DNA of 62,808 nucleotides, the filler included, from Nemertoderma westbladi (Eukaryota; Animalia; Xenacoelomorpha): the NCBI GenBank assembly GCA_032718475.1. It is 5 parts of 5 records of this genome, joined end to end, with 100 filler letters (N's around TTAATTAATTAA, not from the genome) between each part and the next. Parts side by side here need not be neighbours in the genome. Positions count along the whole stretch, not along the records: positions 59,777 to 62,808 come from JAUCBJ010000235.1; 4 more parts are not named here. One strand, written 5' to 3'. This document shows positions 60,517 through 62,808 of the stretch, piece after piece. Position 1 is the first letter of the stretch. Each line of letters opens with the position of its first letter. The notes under the pieces were generated by a model, which was given only the letters and a program-made list of their open reading frames with translations, was not told where the DNA came from and did not search any database. The position numbers and the translations under genes are program-made.

Positions 60517-61022
60517 ACTGAGCCTCGTCCTGCGCGATGGCCCCACGAACGTGTTAACCAATTAATGAGCAGTATTTAATGAGAATCATTTTTTTTATGC
60601 CGTTTTAATACTTTAGATCAATTAAAGACACAATTATTAAAGTAAATCACTTGAACTAATTAAAAACTATAATATAATGGGGTATGTGGATTACATCTGT
60701 ATAATTTTTAAGTATAATTATTTAAATCTTATACTGTAAAATAATTAATTTTCTTTAAAAGGCAGATTGAAAGTGCTGTTTTTACCGTAATCAATTTAAT
60801 TAACTAATTAACTGATATTATCTTAGCTTCTCGAAGGCCACACGAAAATTCAACTTGGAAAATTTCTAAACGTTTGCCAAACAACATGTGTACCAAGTTT
60901 GGATAGATTTCATCGAAGATTGGCCGAGTTATTAACGTTTAAAATGCAAAAAAAGCGACAGAACGACAGGTTGATTAATGGTACCACTACGCTAAGGCTC
61001 ACTCACTTCGTGGCTCGCCCAC
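60517..61022 (-). repeat. Interspersed repeat, copy 2 (includes the family's tail)
   Basis: Inverted homolog of 57777-58252. Confidence 0.85.
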
Positions 61023-62808
61023 CAACAGAACGACACGTGGGGAGTTCGCGCAGCACGAGGCACAGTTATGAGACACAAATTAAAATGTAGAATATAATAA
61101 AAGCAGTACTCGTCTTCATTATAAGCCTTGTTGCGCTCGTCCTTATTTGTATTTAAATTTATTTCCTAAACGCAGACTTGCGATCTTTATAACTATCGAT
61201 GCGTTCAATAGCGAAGCCAGGTGTTTTAGGGTTTACTGTGGAAGATTACCCATGGTGGTCAACAGGCATACCTTGGCTTAACGAGCCTAAAAGATTCTCC
61301 CATTCATAAATTTCGACCCATTTTTGACCAAAATGGTGTACCCCCCCCCCCCCCCCCTTAATGGTACCCATGTCCCCTGTTTAAGGCTCTCTTACTTCGT
61401 AGCTCGCCCCACATTACTATTGCGCGAATATAATCCAAAAACTAAGCTTATTTCTTCCATAAAATATCAAATTGCCAAGGTTCATTTCAACATCGAGAAT
61501 CTAATAAGTTCAACCGGTTAGTATGTCGCTCATTAATACACATTACACAATATAGGTTTGTTATAATGCAATGATTCGCTGCTTAACATATACAATGGAT
61601 AAAGTTTATGGTTAATGAATATTATATTGTATTGTGTTATTGCGCATAATATACTCCGTCCACCATTTATTATAATTCTTCTAAACGCCAAAGTAACTAA
61701 TTATTCCTAATAAATAAGTAATGAAATAAGTAATTGTTTTATTTATATCATTTTCCGAATATTTTGAAATAAAACAATGACCAAGCTGCTGCTTCAATAA
61801 AACATATGTAAATCATATAATGAGAAATTGAGAATTTAGAATTGAGATATTACCGAAATCCCTCAAAATTTTAAAGGTTTGGCTTCGAATAACATGCGGT
61901 TAGGATTACAGTTTTTCCTGCCAATCTCCACTATTAATCACTATGTCATTATAAATTGTGGGGCAACTTGTCAAACAACAACTCAACAAATAATTGTTAT
62001 TAATTCTATTTCTCAGATTCGCAATTGAATTTAAACCTTGTGGATAATAACTATTTACTTACATGTGTGTAATGGAATGAAAATAAAGCCACGAGGATCA
62101 GAACACTGTAAAGTACTTTGCAACAAGTATGTATGTAGTTTTATTCCAAAATTATAACATTAAGAAATGATTGTATATATATTATAAGTGATAGAAACTG
62201 CAACAATTATATTAGTTGCTGTATAAATAAATGTAAAAATGACATAAGTTATGTTATAAAAAAGTTAGCTTATATTTATGGTGGCGTTTGGAGCCATGTT
62301 AATCGTTTATAGCTACTGGAGCTACCGGTATGTAATGCAGTAGACCTATCTGGCTGTCAGGCAATTAATAATAAATATCACCTATTGTTTATGTGGTAAC
62401 CATGGCGGCATGATGTAAAGCCACGCCAATGGGACATTACCACATAATAAATACACCAATATAACACTAAATGCATAGGCCAACACAATGCTGTAATGTC
62501 CTCTAAAGTTGTAAAGTGCTAAATAACAACTCGCTGTTAATACATACGGCGTTGAGTAATGTTACAATTTTGGAATAAAATGATATAAAAAATGAACCTT
62601 TTATTGTAATATTTAAAAATAGCTGTGCTGGTATTCGCAATTATGCCCCTATACTAATTATATAACACCAGCGTTCTAGAACAATATCACAGGTACAGAC
62701 AAGAACGCCACGCCAACTTCCTATTCGAACACTATCAGGTAGGTCCCGCATTCGAAGCAATGATAAGGAAACTCTGTAGACAGCGAATCCGCCATCCAAA
62801 CACCAGAA

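Noticed and set aside
57777-61022. One large TIR element bounded by the two inverted ~470-bp repeats
   Set aside because: The copies lie on different contigs separated by a linker, and the family occurs elsewhere as independent insertions.

Overview
Animal (metazoan) genomic DNA, AT-rich and repeat-rich. Five segments are joined by artificial 100-bp linkers (44 N + TTAATTAATTAA + 44 N), so adjacency across the linkers is unproven. Host genes: SYAP1, the first two exons of a BHMT-like methyltransferase, a two-exon PLAC8-family gene, SNX13, a small two-exon Cys-rich single-TM gene, NKAP and a clan-2 cytochrome P450. SYAP1, SNX13, NKAP and the P450 are intronless. Mobile DNA: a Penelope-like element with a minimal hammerhead ribozyme, an 8.4-kb decayed BEL/Pao LTR retrotransposon inside the PLAC8 intron, RTE-like LINE fragments, a tRNA-derived SINE, several MITEs and large satellites. 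The BEL/Pao element is the most interesting item. It carries an extra WRN/EXD-like DEDDy 3'-5' exonuclease ORF where env usually sits. It also has no tRNA primer-binding site; its PBS position is instead complementary to its own LTR, suggesting Tf1-like self-priming. There is no CRISPR array, rRNA or true tRNA. All family assignments come from motif recognition by eye, not database searches.
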